From an uncultured Dehalococcoidales bacterium (GTDB lineage Bacteria; Chloroflexota; UBA6077; FW602-bin22; JAMCYS01), in assembly GCA_964566935.1 (NCBI GenBank), contig CAZMKF010000022.1, forward strand, positions 7,442 through 31,441: a stretch of 24,000 nucleotides of DNA. Direction: 5' to 3'. Positions 1-7,726 of this stretch are shown here, piece by piece. The notes under the pieces were generated by a model. The model ran no database searches. It was not told the DNA's origin and saw only the letters and a program-made list of their open reading frames with translations. The position numbers and the translations under genes are program-made. The stretch's first letter is position 1. Every line of letters starts with the position of its first letter.

Positions 1-880
1 AACGCGCCCCAATCACCGTGTCGCCACCCAGGATGGTGGCGTTCGCATAGATGGTGACGTCGTCCTCAATGGTAGGGTGGCGCTTCGCCCCCCGCACATA
101 ACCGCCGGAGGAGTCGCGCGGCAGCGAACGAGCGCCGATGGTGACGCCCTGGTAGAGCCGCACCCGTTTGCCCACCTCGGCCGTCTCGCCGATCACCACG
201 CCGGTGCCGTGGTCGATGAAGAACGACTCGTCGATGGTGGCGCCGGGATGGATGTCGATGCCGGTACGGCTGTGAGCGTACTCGGTCATCATGCGCGGCA
301 GCAGCGGGATTCTCTGCTGCCACAACTCGTGGGCGATGCGGTAGACGGTCACCGCCATCAGGCCGGGGTAGGCGAAGACGACCTCGTCGTGGCTGTAGGC
401 GGCCGGATCGCCGTCGTAGGCAGCACGCACATCAGTGCCCAGGAGTCGGCGGATCTCGGGGATGCGCCGCAGGAAGGCGATCGCCTCTTGCTCGCCGCGG
501 TTGACGCACTGGTTGCAGGCGTGATAGCTCTGCAGACAGTTGTGGCGCAGCGAACGGGCGATTTGCGAGGAGAGCTGGTCGAAAACCCGCCCCACCTCGA
601 CACCCAGGTGGTACTCGAGCTCGCTGGGATCGATGAACTGCTCGCCGAAGTAGCCGGGGAAGAGCAGGTCGCGCAGCAGCTCCACCGTATCTACCACGGC
701 CTCCCAGGAGGGCACAGTTTCGCTGCTCGTATGGTCGTAGGTGCTGTCATCCCGGGTGCTGGCAAGGATGGCACGGGTGATCGTCGGTAGCTGGGGGCGG
801 AGGTTTGTAGTCAGCTCGCAGCTCTCGTCGGGACAGACCTCGTGCCGGTCGCAGATGTCCTGTCTACGTTCGCTCGCCAT
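1..880 (-). CDS. cysE: Serine O-acetyltransferase (hexapeptide-repeat acyltransferase); C-terminus runs off the left edge of the window
   Basis: Absent from the ORF track because its stop lies outside the window. My reverse-strand translation from ATG 880-878 gives MASERRQDICDRHE...YRIAHELWQQRIPLLPRMMTEYAHSRTGIDIHPGATIDESFFIDHGTGVVIGETAEVGKRVRLYQGVTIGARS...RHPTIEDDVTIYANATILGGDTVIG. This carries the CysE-type motifs DIHPGA and FIDHGTGVVIGET plus hexapeptide repeats. The + ORF 77..790 is its antisense shadow. Confidence 0.85.
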   Translation of the reverse strand, partial: MASERRQDICDRHEVCPDESCELTTNLRPQLPTITRAILASTRDDSTYDHTSSETVPSWEAVVDTVELLRDLLFPGYFGEQFIDPSELEYHLGVEVGRVFDQLSSQIARSLRHNCLQSYHACNQCVNRGEQEAIAFLRRIPEIRRLLGTDVRAAYDGDPAAYSHDEVVFAYPGLMAVTVYRIAHELWQQRIPLLPRMMTEYAHSRTGIDIHPGATIDESFFIDHGTGVVIGETAEVGKRVRLYQGVTIGARSLPRDSSGGYVRGAKRHPTIEDDVTIYANATILGGDTVIGAR

Positions 881-1089
881 GATTGTCCCCCGCGCGCTCG
901 GCCGGCGGTCGCTGCCGCCGGTTGCCGCCTGGAATGATAGTGCCAGCTGGCGGTGGCAGCGTCAAGTTCACGCCTGCCGCGCGCTTGCTAGTACGGCACA
1001 CTCCAGAAACCGAGCCGCCTGGCACTGGTGTGGCGCCAGGTCAGGCGGGCCGCGCTGCTCAATAACGGGGCGTGAGACCAGACAGCCGG

Positions 1090-1848
1090 TTACTGCCCGG
1101 TCTGCCGCCGGTCAGCAAACACCGCCATCGCCGCGCGCAGGAACTCGGCCAGGCCGGGCCTGAGCTTCTCGTAGTTGACCTTGAAGCGCTCGTCGGCCAC
1201 GTACATCTCACCCAGGCCTTTGAACAATGCCGGTGAGGCATTGTAGAAGCGCTCGTTCAGCAGCCGCCACCAGCGCTCCACGTTCGCCTGCACCGCCGGA
1301 TCTTCTGGCGCCAGCTCCATCTGCGCCGCCAGGTCGCGCCAGATACTCTCCATCTCTCCCTGGATCTCGGCCCAATCCTGCTTGCTGTAGCCGGCCACGC
1401 GGCGGGTCGACTCCTTGTAGGCGTCCGTTTGGCCCCAGCGCTGCTTCGCCTCCGCCGCGTACTCCTTCAGCCTGGCGTCGTCCAGGCCGTCAAACATGCT
1501 TTCCTTATTCATCTCCGTTCCTCTCTCCATCGCCTGCAGGGTGCGGTCCAGGGCGGCGATCAACCTGTCCAGGCGCTGTTGCTTGCACACCAGCATCTGT
1601 CTCTGCGTGCGCAGCGCCTCGCCGCGGTCGTATTGCGGGTTGGCCAGCATCTCCCGGATCGTCGCCAGGGGAAACTCCAGCTCGCGAAAGAGCATGATCT
1701 GGTGCAGCCGCGCCAGTTCAGCCTCGCCGTAGAGGCGGTAGCCGTTGGCGGCCACCCGTGGCGTGAGCAGGCCGATCTTGTGGTAGTGATGCAACGCGCG
1801 CACGCTAAGCCCCGTCAGCTCCGCCACCTCACGCACCGTCATCGCCAT
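1090..1848 (-). CDS. MerR-family transcriptional regulator with C-terminal TipAS-like (antibiotic/drug recognition) domain
   Basis: The N-terminus MTVREVAELTGLSVRALHHYHKIGLLTPRVAANGYRLYGEAELARLHQIMLFRELEFPL is a classic MerR HTH plus coiled coil. The C-terminal half (EYAAEAKQRWGQTDAYKES...WWRLLNERFY...GLGEMYVADERFKVNYEK) matches TipAS/Mta-type domains. The track starts at TTG 1866. I prefer ATG 1848 (MAMTVREV), which sits 6 nt after GAGGTG. ATG 1842 is also possible. Confidence 0.85.
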   Translation of the reverse strand: MAMTVREVAELTGLSVRALHHYHKIGLLTPRVAANGYRLYGEAELARLHQIMLFRELEFPLATIREMLANPQYDRGEALRTQRQMLVCKQQRLDRLIAALDRTLQAMERGTEMNKESMFDGLDDARLKEYAAEAKQRWGQTDAYKESTRRVAGYSKQDWAEIQGEMESIWRDLAAQMELAPEDPAVQANVERWWRLLNERFYNASPALFKGLGEMYVADERFKVNYEKLRPGLAEFLRAAMAVFADRRQTGQ

Positions 1849-1867
1849 TTCTCTCACCTCGCTCAAA

Positions 1868-1898
1868 CTAATACAGTATGACGTAACGTAAGGGTCAA
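1868..1898 (-). promoter_or_regulatory. MerR-type promoter candidate with over-long 19-nt spacer containing a TTACG direct repeat
   Basis: The minus strand reads TTGACC (1898-1893), then the 19-nt spacer CTTACGTTACGTCATACTG, then TATTAG (1873-1868), about 20 nt upstream of the regulator start codon. A 19-bp spacer carrying the operator is the hallmark of MerR-family (including TipA) autoregulated promoters. Confidence 0.45.
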
Positions 1899-1917
1899 GG
1901 GGAGAAGGGAACCCCGT

Positions 1918-1978
1918 ATGGGCGGGTCTAAGACCCGCCCATCCCGCCAGCGAATAATGGCCACATGGAGCTGTGGCC
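1918..1978 (-). terminator. Two stem-loops downstream of the YeiH-family gene (candidate terminator region)
   Basis: GGCCACA(1959-1965)/TGTGGCC(1972-1978) forms a 7-bp stem, followed on the minus strand by ATTATT. ATGGGCGGGTC(1918-1928)/GACCCGCCCAT(1932-1942) forms a perfect 11-bp stem with a 3-nt loop. Neither has a clean U-tract. Confidence 0.4.
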
Positions 1979-2014
1979 CGGCGTGAGCGCGTCCCCTATA
2001 CAGGAAGAGGAGCG

Positions 2015-3061
2015 CTAGCCCACCAGCCTCAGACCGAGGATGAGGAACAGCGAGAGCGAGATCAGGAAGAGCAACGAAATCGTCACCGTGCCGGCCACCC
2101 TCGGCCCGGCTTGTTTGAGGGCCGCAAACTCCACCCCCAGGCCCAAGCCCGCCATAGCGAGGATAGTGAGCAGGCGGCTCACCTCTTTGGCCACGCCCGC
2201 CACTTCGAGCGGGATGAGACCAAAGAAGCGCAACACCGCCAGCACCAGGAAGCCCGCGATGAACCAGGGTACCAGCGCCGGCCGCTTGCCGCCCGTCTCC
2301 ACCCGCTGTTGCCGGCGGTCGCGCATCCTCATGCCGAGGCTGAAGAGCAGCACCACGGGGCCCAGGAAGAGCACCCTCACCAGCTTGACCAGGGTGGCCA
2401 CCTCGCCCGCCAGCTGCCCCACCGGGAAGGAGGCGGCTATCACCTGCGGCACGGCGTAGACGGTGAGGCCGGCCAGCACGCCGTACTGGTACATAGTCAG
2501 ATGGGCGATGGGCATCAGCAGCGGCAGACTGAGCACCAGCACCACACCGATGATCGCCGTCAGGGCGATGGAGGCGGCCACGTCGCGCTTCTCGGCGCGG
2601 ATTACCGGCGCCACGGCGGCGATGGCAGAGTTGCCGCAAATGGAGTTGCCGACCGCCACCAACATCGCCAGCTTGTTGCCCAACCCCAGCAGGCGTCCAA
2701 AAACATAGGAGGCGCCGATTGTGCCAAACACCACCAGGGCGATGCCCGCCAGCAAGCCGGGCCCGCCAGCAAGCGCCTGACGGGCGTCGATCGAGGCGCC
2801 CAGCAGCATCACGCCGAACTCCAGCACCTCCTTGGCGCTAAAGTTGGCGCCGGCATCGACGGATTGGGGCAATCTGACGCCGTTGCGGATGAACATGGCG
2901 ATCAGGATGGCCGCGACAAGCGCCTCCAGCACCGGCATGCCCAACGCCTGCCGCTGCCATTGGTCCAGCGCCATCGCGGCAAGGCCGACCACGGCACAGA
3001 GCAGCAATCCGGGGGCCATTCGCCGCCAAAAAGGGGTTGCAGAAGTGCTATTCTCGGCCAT
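2015..3061 (-). CDS. yeiH: YeiH/UPF0324-family integral membrane protein (putative sulfate-exporter-family transporter)
   Basis: 348-aa polytopic hydrophobic protein carrying the family-typical stretch LAMLVAVGNSICGNSAIAAVAPVIRAEKRDVAASIALTAI. ATG at 3061. The overlapping ORFs 1973..3070(+) and 1863..2639(-) are shadows. Confidence 0.85.
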   Translation of the reverse strand: MAENSTSATPFWRRMAPGLLLCAVVGLAAMALDQWQRQALGMPVLEALVAAILIAMFIRNGVRLPQSVDAGANFSAKEVLEFGVMLLGASIDARQALAGGPGLLAGIALVVFGTIGASYVFGRLLGLGNKLAMLVAVGNSICGNSAIAAVAPVIRAEKRDVAASIALTAIIGVVLVLSLPLLMPIAHLTMYQYGVLAGLTVYAVPQVIAASFPVGQLAGEVATLVKLVRVLFLGPVVLLFSLGMRMRDRRQQRVETGGKRPALVPWFIAGFLVLAVLRFFGLIPLEVAGVAKEVSRLLTILAMAGLGLGVEFAALKQAGPRVAGTVTISLLFLISLSLFLILGLRLVG

Positions 3062-3358
3062 GGGTGGTAGTCCGTCACCTCAGCAAAACGCGGATGCGCA
3101 ACATCATACAGCTGCGCCGCCATCGAAGTTAACAAGCACACGGACCACTTTAGAGCGAGGACATTCGATTGAGGAGAACGCCGCGAACGTGGTGGCAATC
3201 ACCCTCGGCAGTGGACGGGTTCGGCGGCGGGCGGCCTCTTCGCTATCCGCCCCTGCCCGGCAGCATCACCGTGACGATCACCCCTGACATTACAGGTGAG
3301 CCAGCGACGCTGCTCAGCGGTACCAGGTGCACCTCAGCCGGCAACACCCGCCCTGGCG

Positions 3359-4213
3359 CTAGCGGAGCGCGGCGTCCAGCAGTTTGCTCAGGGCCCGGGG
3401 CAGGGCGGCGTAACTGTCCACCTGATAGGAGCTGCCACCACTGGGCGCCGCCATCTGCCGGCACAGCTCACGGTCCATCTTGTAATCCTCGGTGGCCAGC
3501 ACATAGAGTCGGGGGAAGCGGGCCGCCACGGTGAGCGGGTCACCGCCCAGGGTGTAGCGGCCATCGCTGATCAGGATGCCGAACTTGCGTGGCTGGCGAC
3601 CGCGCTCCAGCTGCTGCAGGCCGACTTTGAGGCCATCCTCGATGTTGGTGTAGCCTGAAGCAGGCACCTCCAGCAATCTGGTCACCATCTCCTGCAACGG
3701 CAACCGCTGGTTGATCGGCTTGAGCAGACTGGCGGTGGTTTCGAAACTGACCAGCGCGTAATCCTCAGCCTCCAGCTTGCCGGCCAGCACCGCAGCCGCC
3801 ACCGCCGCGAGTGCCAGGTTGCGGCCGGTCATGGAAAGGCTGGTATCCAGCATCAGCACGGCGCTCACCCGCCGCCGCTCGCGCTGCTCCATGACGATGT
3901 CGCCCAGCTCGGCCTGCTTGCGGCCCGCCATGTTCTCCAGGGTCGGCTCCAGGGCGATCTCACCTCGCCCCGGCATCAGGTAAGGCTCGTAGCGCAGTTT
4001 AGCGCGCTTGCTGGAGGCGCCCAGCACCTGGACGGCCCGCCGCAGGATGGCCTGAGCGGCAATGGCTGCCACCTTCTCGCGCACGTCGTCATCGGGCAGC
4101 AGGCGTTTCGTCTCGTGGTACTGCTCGGCCACGTCCCAGCCGTCGGGCTTGGAACCGCTGGCGCGGAAGTACTGCTCCAGTGCCAGTTGAGGCTCCGGCT
4201 CGTCCACGGGCAC
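3359..4213 (-). CDS. von Willebrand factor A (VWA) domain protein, CoxE-like, partner of the upstream AAA+ ATPase
   Basis: Intact MIDAS motif: VSAVLMLDTSLSMTG (DxSxS), later SFETTA and FGILISDGRYTLGGDP. The N-terminal region (RYEPYLMPGRGEIALEPTLENMAG...RERRR) resembles VWA_CoxE-type proteins. GTG start at 4213 with a weak SD. It lies 65 nt downstream of the ATPase gene. Confidence 0.8.
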   Translation of the reverse strand: MPVDEPEPQLALEQYFRASGSKPDGWDVAEQYHETKRLLPDDDVREKVAAIAAQAILRRAVQVLGASSKRAKLRYEPYLMPGRGEIALEPTLENMAGRKQAELGDIVMEQRERRRVSAVLMLDTSLSMTGRNLALAAVAAAVLAGKLEAEDYALVSFETTASLLKPINQRLPLQEMVTRLLEVPASGYTNIEDGLKVGLQQLERGRQPRKFGILISDGRYTLGGDPLTVAARFPRLYVLATEDYKMDRELCRQMAAPSGGSSYQVDSYAALPRALSKLLDAALR

Positions 4214-4278
4214 AGCTGGGTTGAGGTAGTAGCGTCTGGGGGGTCGCGGCGGCGGCTCGCTGGGCGCCGGGCAACCCC

Positions 4279-5133
4279 CTAGGCTTTTTTTGCCGCCTCC
4301 TCCACCAAGTCGCAGATAATGTCTTCAGCCTCGCGCTCGGCGTCTTCTTTCAACTCGATGCGAGTGGGCAGGCTGATCAGGGCTGCCTCCATCAGGCCCT
4401 CTTTACCGGCGGGCAGCTGCCGCGCCAGCTCCACCATGGCAATGGCGGCACGCACGCTGGCGCCACGCCGGATGCCCGGGTGGCGCCGGGTGGCGCGAGT
4501 GATGGCGACGGCCCGCCGCACTAGCGTCTGATCACGCTCGCCACTGTTGGCCGCCACGATCAGGCGCTCCTCCTCTTCGCTCTGGTAGTCGAGACGCACG
4601 AGCTCGAAGCGGTCGCGCAGCGCTTCGCTCAGGTGGCCGGTGCCCACAAACTCGCGCGGGTTCTGCGTAGCCACCACCACAAAGCCCGGCTCGCCGCGCA
4701 CCTCGCCATACATCGGCACACCCAGCAAGCCCTCGTCCAGAGCCGGCAACAGCACGTTCTGCACCGCCTCCGGCATGCGGTTCAGCTCGTTGATAAAGAG
4801 CACACCGCCGGCGCGCATCGCCTGGGTAAGCGGTCCGGGCACGAAGGCCTCGGCCTGATAACCGAGCCGCATCACCAGGGGCGGGTCGAACCAGCCTGTG
4901 AGCTTCTGCTCGGTGAAGCGCTCGTCGCCATCCACCCGCTGCACCGGCCGCTCCAGGTAACGGGCGACGGCGGTGGCCAGCACCGTCTTGCCCACGCCCA
5001 CCGCGCCCTCCAATAGCAGGTGCCGGCGCGCCCGCAGCGTCGCTAGTGAGCGCCGCAGCTCGCTGCCGCGCCCCACGATGCCGAAGCGTTGCTGAATCTC
5101 CACTATCTCTCCGTCACTCTGCCCGTTCACCAC
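4279..5133 (-). CDS. MoxR/AAA_5-like AAA+ ATPase (start uncertain: GTG 5133/5130 or 5103; the track ORF extends to 5346)
   Basis: Walker A is LLLEGAVGVGKTVLATAVARYL. The Walker B region is GGVLFINELNRMPEAVQNVLLPALDEG. Sensor-like segments are FVVVATQNPRE and ALRDRF. The track start at 5346 overlaps nadD by 50 nt and spans a terminator-like hairpin and a TTGTGG-17-TATAAT promoter, so I place the start downstream of these. Confidence 0.8.
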   Translation of the reverse strand: MVNGQSDGEIVEIQQRFGIVGRGSELRRSLATLRARRHLLLEGAVGVGKTVLATAVARYLERPVQRVDGDERFTEQKLTGWFDPPLVMRLGYQAEAFVPGPLTQAMRAGGVLFINELNRMPEAVQNVLLPALDEGLLGVPMYGEVRGEPGFVVVATQNPREFVGTGHLSEALRDRFELVRLDYQSEEEERLIVAANSGERDQTLVRRAVAITRATRRHPGIRRGASVRAAIAMVELARQLPAGKEGLMEAALISLPTRIELKEDAEREAEDIICDLVEEAAKKA

Positions 5134-5187
5134 GATCCCATTGACTCCATCGCCGAAAAAGTAATCACCCCGCAAGGCGCAGACGGC

Positions 5188-5216
5188 ATTATAGCTGGCG
5201 TCGAAACGCGCCACAA
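5188..5216 (-). promoter_or_regulatory. Sigma70-like promoter candidate for the AAA+/VWA gene pair
   Basis: The minus strand reads TTGTGG (5216-5211), a 17-nt spacer, then a perfect TATAAT (5193-5188). It lies between the nadD stop and the conserved part of the ATPase. Confidence 0.45.
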
Positions 5217-5260
5217 GGCAGTTTGAGAGTGCGATCGGGCAGGCGAAGCCAACAGATTGC

Positions 5261-5283
5261 AGATAAAGCCACGCCAGCGTGGC
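5261..5283 (-). terminator. Intrinsic-terminator-like hairpin after nadD
   Basis: Minus strand GCCACGCTGGCGTGGC (5283-5268; 6-7 bp stem) is followed directly by TTTATCT (5267-5261). It starts 14 nt after the nadD stop codon. Confidence 0.45.
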
Positions 5284-5296
5284 CGGCAGCGCCGTT

Positions 5297-5899
5297 CTAG
5301 CCGGCCGCGTACAGCCCTTCTCTGACGATGTAATCGACCACGGCATCCGGCAGCTGATAGCGAATGGGTAGTCCTTCCGCCACCCGCGCCCGGATGTCGG
5401 TGGAGGAGATGTCGAGCGCCGGACCCATCAGGTAGATGATGCGCTGGCGGGCTTCGGGAATGCTATCGAGGATAGGCCCCAGCTCCAATCGGTAGCCTGG
5501 CCGGGCCACCACCGCCAGCCGCGCCAGTTGCAGGATGCGTTTCGGCTCATGCCAGGAGAGCAGGTCGCGCAGAGCGTCCAGACCCACCAGAAAGAACAGC
5601 TCGGAGGCCGGCGGCAGATTCTCCCGCAGGCACGCCAGCGTATCCACCGTGTACGACGGGCCCTCCCGCTCCAACTCGATGTGGGAGATGGTAAGCGCCT
5701 CGTTGTCGCGCAGCGCCAGTTCCAGCATCGCCAGGCGGTCGGCTGAGGAGGAAACCTGCCGGCCCAGCTTGTGGGGTGGTTGGGCCGCCGGCACCACCAG
5801 TACTTTATCGAGCGCCAGGCGCACCCTGCACTCCTCCACCGCCGCCAGGTGGCCAAAGTGAATGGGGTCAAAAGTACCGCCGAATACGCCTACTCTCAT
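5297..5899 (-). CDS. nadD: Nicotinate-nucleotide adenylyltransferase
   Basis: MRVGVFGGTFDPIHFGHLAAVEE carries the (H/T)xGH nucleotidyltransferase motif GGTFDPIHFGH. The C-terminal ISSTDIR motif is typical of NadD. Its start overlaps the obg stop by 4 nt (ATGA). Confidence 0.9.
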   Translation of the reverse strand: MRVGVFGGTFDPIHFGHLAAVEECRVRLALDKVLVVPAAQPPHKLGRQVSSSADRLAMLELALRDNEALTISHIELEREGPSYTVDTLACLRENLPPASELFFLVGLDALRDLLSWHEPKRILQLARLAVVARPGYRLELGPILDSIPEARQRIIYLMGPALDISSTDIRARVAEGLPIRYQLPDAVVDYIVREGLYAAG

Positions 5900-7182
5900 C
5901 GCCGGCGCCTGCGCCGCGTCTCGCCCTGCCAGACGAAACTGCTGCTTCCCAAGAGCACGGTAGCGCCCTCCTCAGCTCCCGCCCTCGCCAGTGCCAGGCG
6001 GTGTAAGTGCTTGTGTAATAATCGCACGGCCTCCGGGTTCTCCAGGTCGGTCATCACCGCCAGCCGCTCAGCACGCCGATTGTGCACCCGCCAGGCGTTG
6101 TCCTCGCGCTCCACCATCACCGGCGCCCGCAGCGGCTGCGGCCTGAACACTTTGTACTCGCCGGCGGGCGCCTGCAGGGCCTCCCGCCCTTCCCTTTCTC
6201 GTACCACGACGAGAGCGCTGTACGCGGCATCCAACAGCTGCTTCACCCCTTGGCCGCCCGCCGCTGAGAGCGCGTAGACCGGCCAGGGCAACCCCTCCAG
6301 CTGAGCCAGCTTTGCCGGCAACTGTGCGCGCACCGCATCGAGGTCGATCTTGTTGATCGCCACCAACTGCGGTTTGTCCGACAGTGGCGGCTCAAACCGG
6401 CTCAGCTCGCTGTTCACCTGTTCATAGGCCAGGAGCACATCATCCAACGTGCCATCGATCAGGTGAATCAGCACCTTGGTGCGCTCGATGTGGCGCAGGA
6501 ACTCGTGTCCCAAGCCTCTACCGAGGTGGGCGCCCTCGATCAGACCAGGGATATCGGCGATCACATAATCGCCGTCGTCATGCACCACCACACCGAGGTT
6601 GGGCTGCAGCGTTGTGAACGGGTAGTTGGCGATCTTCGGTCGCGCCTGGGTGACGGCGGCCAGGAAAGTGGACTTCCCGGCATTAGGGAAGCCGATAACC
6701 CCTATGTCGGCGATCAGTTTCAGCTCGAGCAGCAGCCAGCGCTCCTCGCCCGGTTCGCCTTTCTGCGCGATGCGCGGCGCCTGATTGGTCGATGTAGCGA
6801 AGTGACTGTTACCGAGGCCCCCACGACCGCCCCGCGCTACTTCCACCGTCTGTCCATGTTCGGTAATGTCCACCTCGAGCTCGCCATCCTCGCTACGCAC
6901 AATCGTACCGAGCGGCACTTTCAGATACAGGTCGGCGCCGCGAGCGCCCTGCTTCCGTTGCCCGGCGCCATGAGCGCCATTCCCCGCCTTGTGATGACGC
7001 CTTCGATCGAAAACGCTCAACGTAGAGCGCGCGTTATCACCAACCAGAAAGACACTGCCACCACGGCCGCCGTCGCCGCCATCCGGACCGCCGCGCGGCA
7101 CGAACTTCTCACGACGAAACGAGACCACTCCGTTACCGCCGTTACCGGAACGCACCATGATTCTGCCGCGATCGAACGACAT
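5896..7182 (-). CDS. obg: GTPase Obg/CgtA
   Basis: Gly-rich Obg fold: RSGNGGNGVVSFRREKFVPRGGPDGGDGGRGGSVFL. G domain: GVIGFPNAGKSTFL (G1), DIPGLIEGA (G3), AINKID (G4). A C-terminal OCT-like extension is present. Confidence 0.95.
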   Translation of the reverse strand: MSFDRGRIMVRSGNGGNGVVSFRREKFVPRGGPDGGDGGRGGSVFLVGDNARSTLSVFDRRRHHKAGNGAHGAGQRKQGARGADLYLKVPLGTIVRSEDGELEVDITEHGQTVEVARGGRGGLGNSHFATSTNQAPRIAQKGEPGEERWLLLELKLIADIGVIGFPNAGKSTFLAAVTQARPKIANYPFTTLQPNLGVVVHDDGDYVIADIPGLIEGAHLGRGLGHEFLRHIERTKVLIHLIDGTLDDVLLAYEQVNSELSRFEPPLSDKPQLVAINKIDLDAVRAQLPAKLAQLEGLPWPVYALSAAGGQGVKQLLDAAYSALVVVREREGREALQAPAGEYKVFRPQPLRAPVMVEREDNAWRVHNRRAERLAVMTDLENPEAVRLLHKHLHRLALARAGAEEGATVLLGSSSFVWQGETRRRRRR

Positions 7183-7216
7183 TAATTCTCACCCTCGCCG
7201 TAGCATGTCTGTCTGG

Positions 7217-7726
7217 CTAGCAACATTGCGTCGCCTGTTCCACGTAGAAGCGACTGAGGTCTAACTCACCTGGTGAGAAGCCTTTTTGCGAAAGGAGTAC
7301 CGCCGCCTCGCTCCTGGTTTGAGTGCCATGGTTGACCACATGCAGAAAGATCTGCCACAGCCGTAATGACAACGACTCTCCCTGCAGGTTCTGATAACTA
7401 ACCTTTTCTTCGAGGTCGGCGTCCGTCAGTTCGCCCACAAAACGCGCCACCAGTTGCTCCTCTTGGCCCCACAACCGCAGCAGGCTCTCTAAGTCGGCGA
7501 AATCATCCGCATTCAGGCCTTGGCGTTCTGACACACCATCCATGTAGCGGCGGCGCCAGAGATACTCGGCGGAGAGAATGTGCACGAGTGTGTCTCGCAA
7601 ACCACCGTGGCTTAGATCGCCAGGCGCCACGAACAGTTCCCTACCAGCTTTCTGTGTCGCTTGCAGGATCTTGCGATTCGCCCAGTAGTTGTAACTGAGC
7701 AACAGGTGAAGCTCAGTAATCTTCAT
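7217..7726 (-). CDS. DinB-family (four-helix-bundle, metal-dependent) protein
   Basis: LLSYNYWANRKIL..., LRDTLVHILSAEYLWRRR and FLHVVNHGTQTRSEAA match the DinB/YfiT-like His-triad pattern. GC content is visibly lower than in neighbouring genes. Confidence 0.8.
   Translation of the reverse strand: MKITELHLLLSYNYWANRKILQATQKAGRELFVAPGDLSHGGLRDTLVHILSAEYLWRRRYMDGVSERQGLNADDFADLESLLRLWGQEEQLVARFVGELTDADLEEKVSYQNLQGESLSLRLWQIFLHVVNHGTQTRSEAAVLLSQKGFSPGELDLSRFYVEQATQCC

Noticed and set aside
77-790. 237-aa + strand ORF, and the smaller ORFs 66..323(-), 358..603(-) and 741..1163(+)
   Set aside because: These overlap the clearly recognisable reverse-strand cysE reading frame. Their translations are Arg/Ala/Gly/His-rich low-information sequence, typical of antisense or out-of-frame ORFs in GC-rich DNA.
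1973-3070. 365-aa + strand ORF and the 258-aa ORF 1863..2639(-) over the yeiH locus
   Set aside because: These are antisense or out of frame relative to a well-supported YeiH-family membrane protein. The products are His/Gln/Arg/Gly-rich with no recognisable motifs.
5134-5346. N-terminal 71-aa extension of the AAA+ ATPase ORF (MPWSITSSEKGC...), overlapping nadD by 50 nt
   Set aside because: The extension spans a terminator-like hairpin with a T-tract (5283-5261) and a TTGTGG-17-TATAAT promoter (5216-5188). It has no resemblance to MoxR N-termini. The true start is probably GTG 5133/5130 or GTG 5103. I cannot choose between them.
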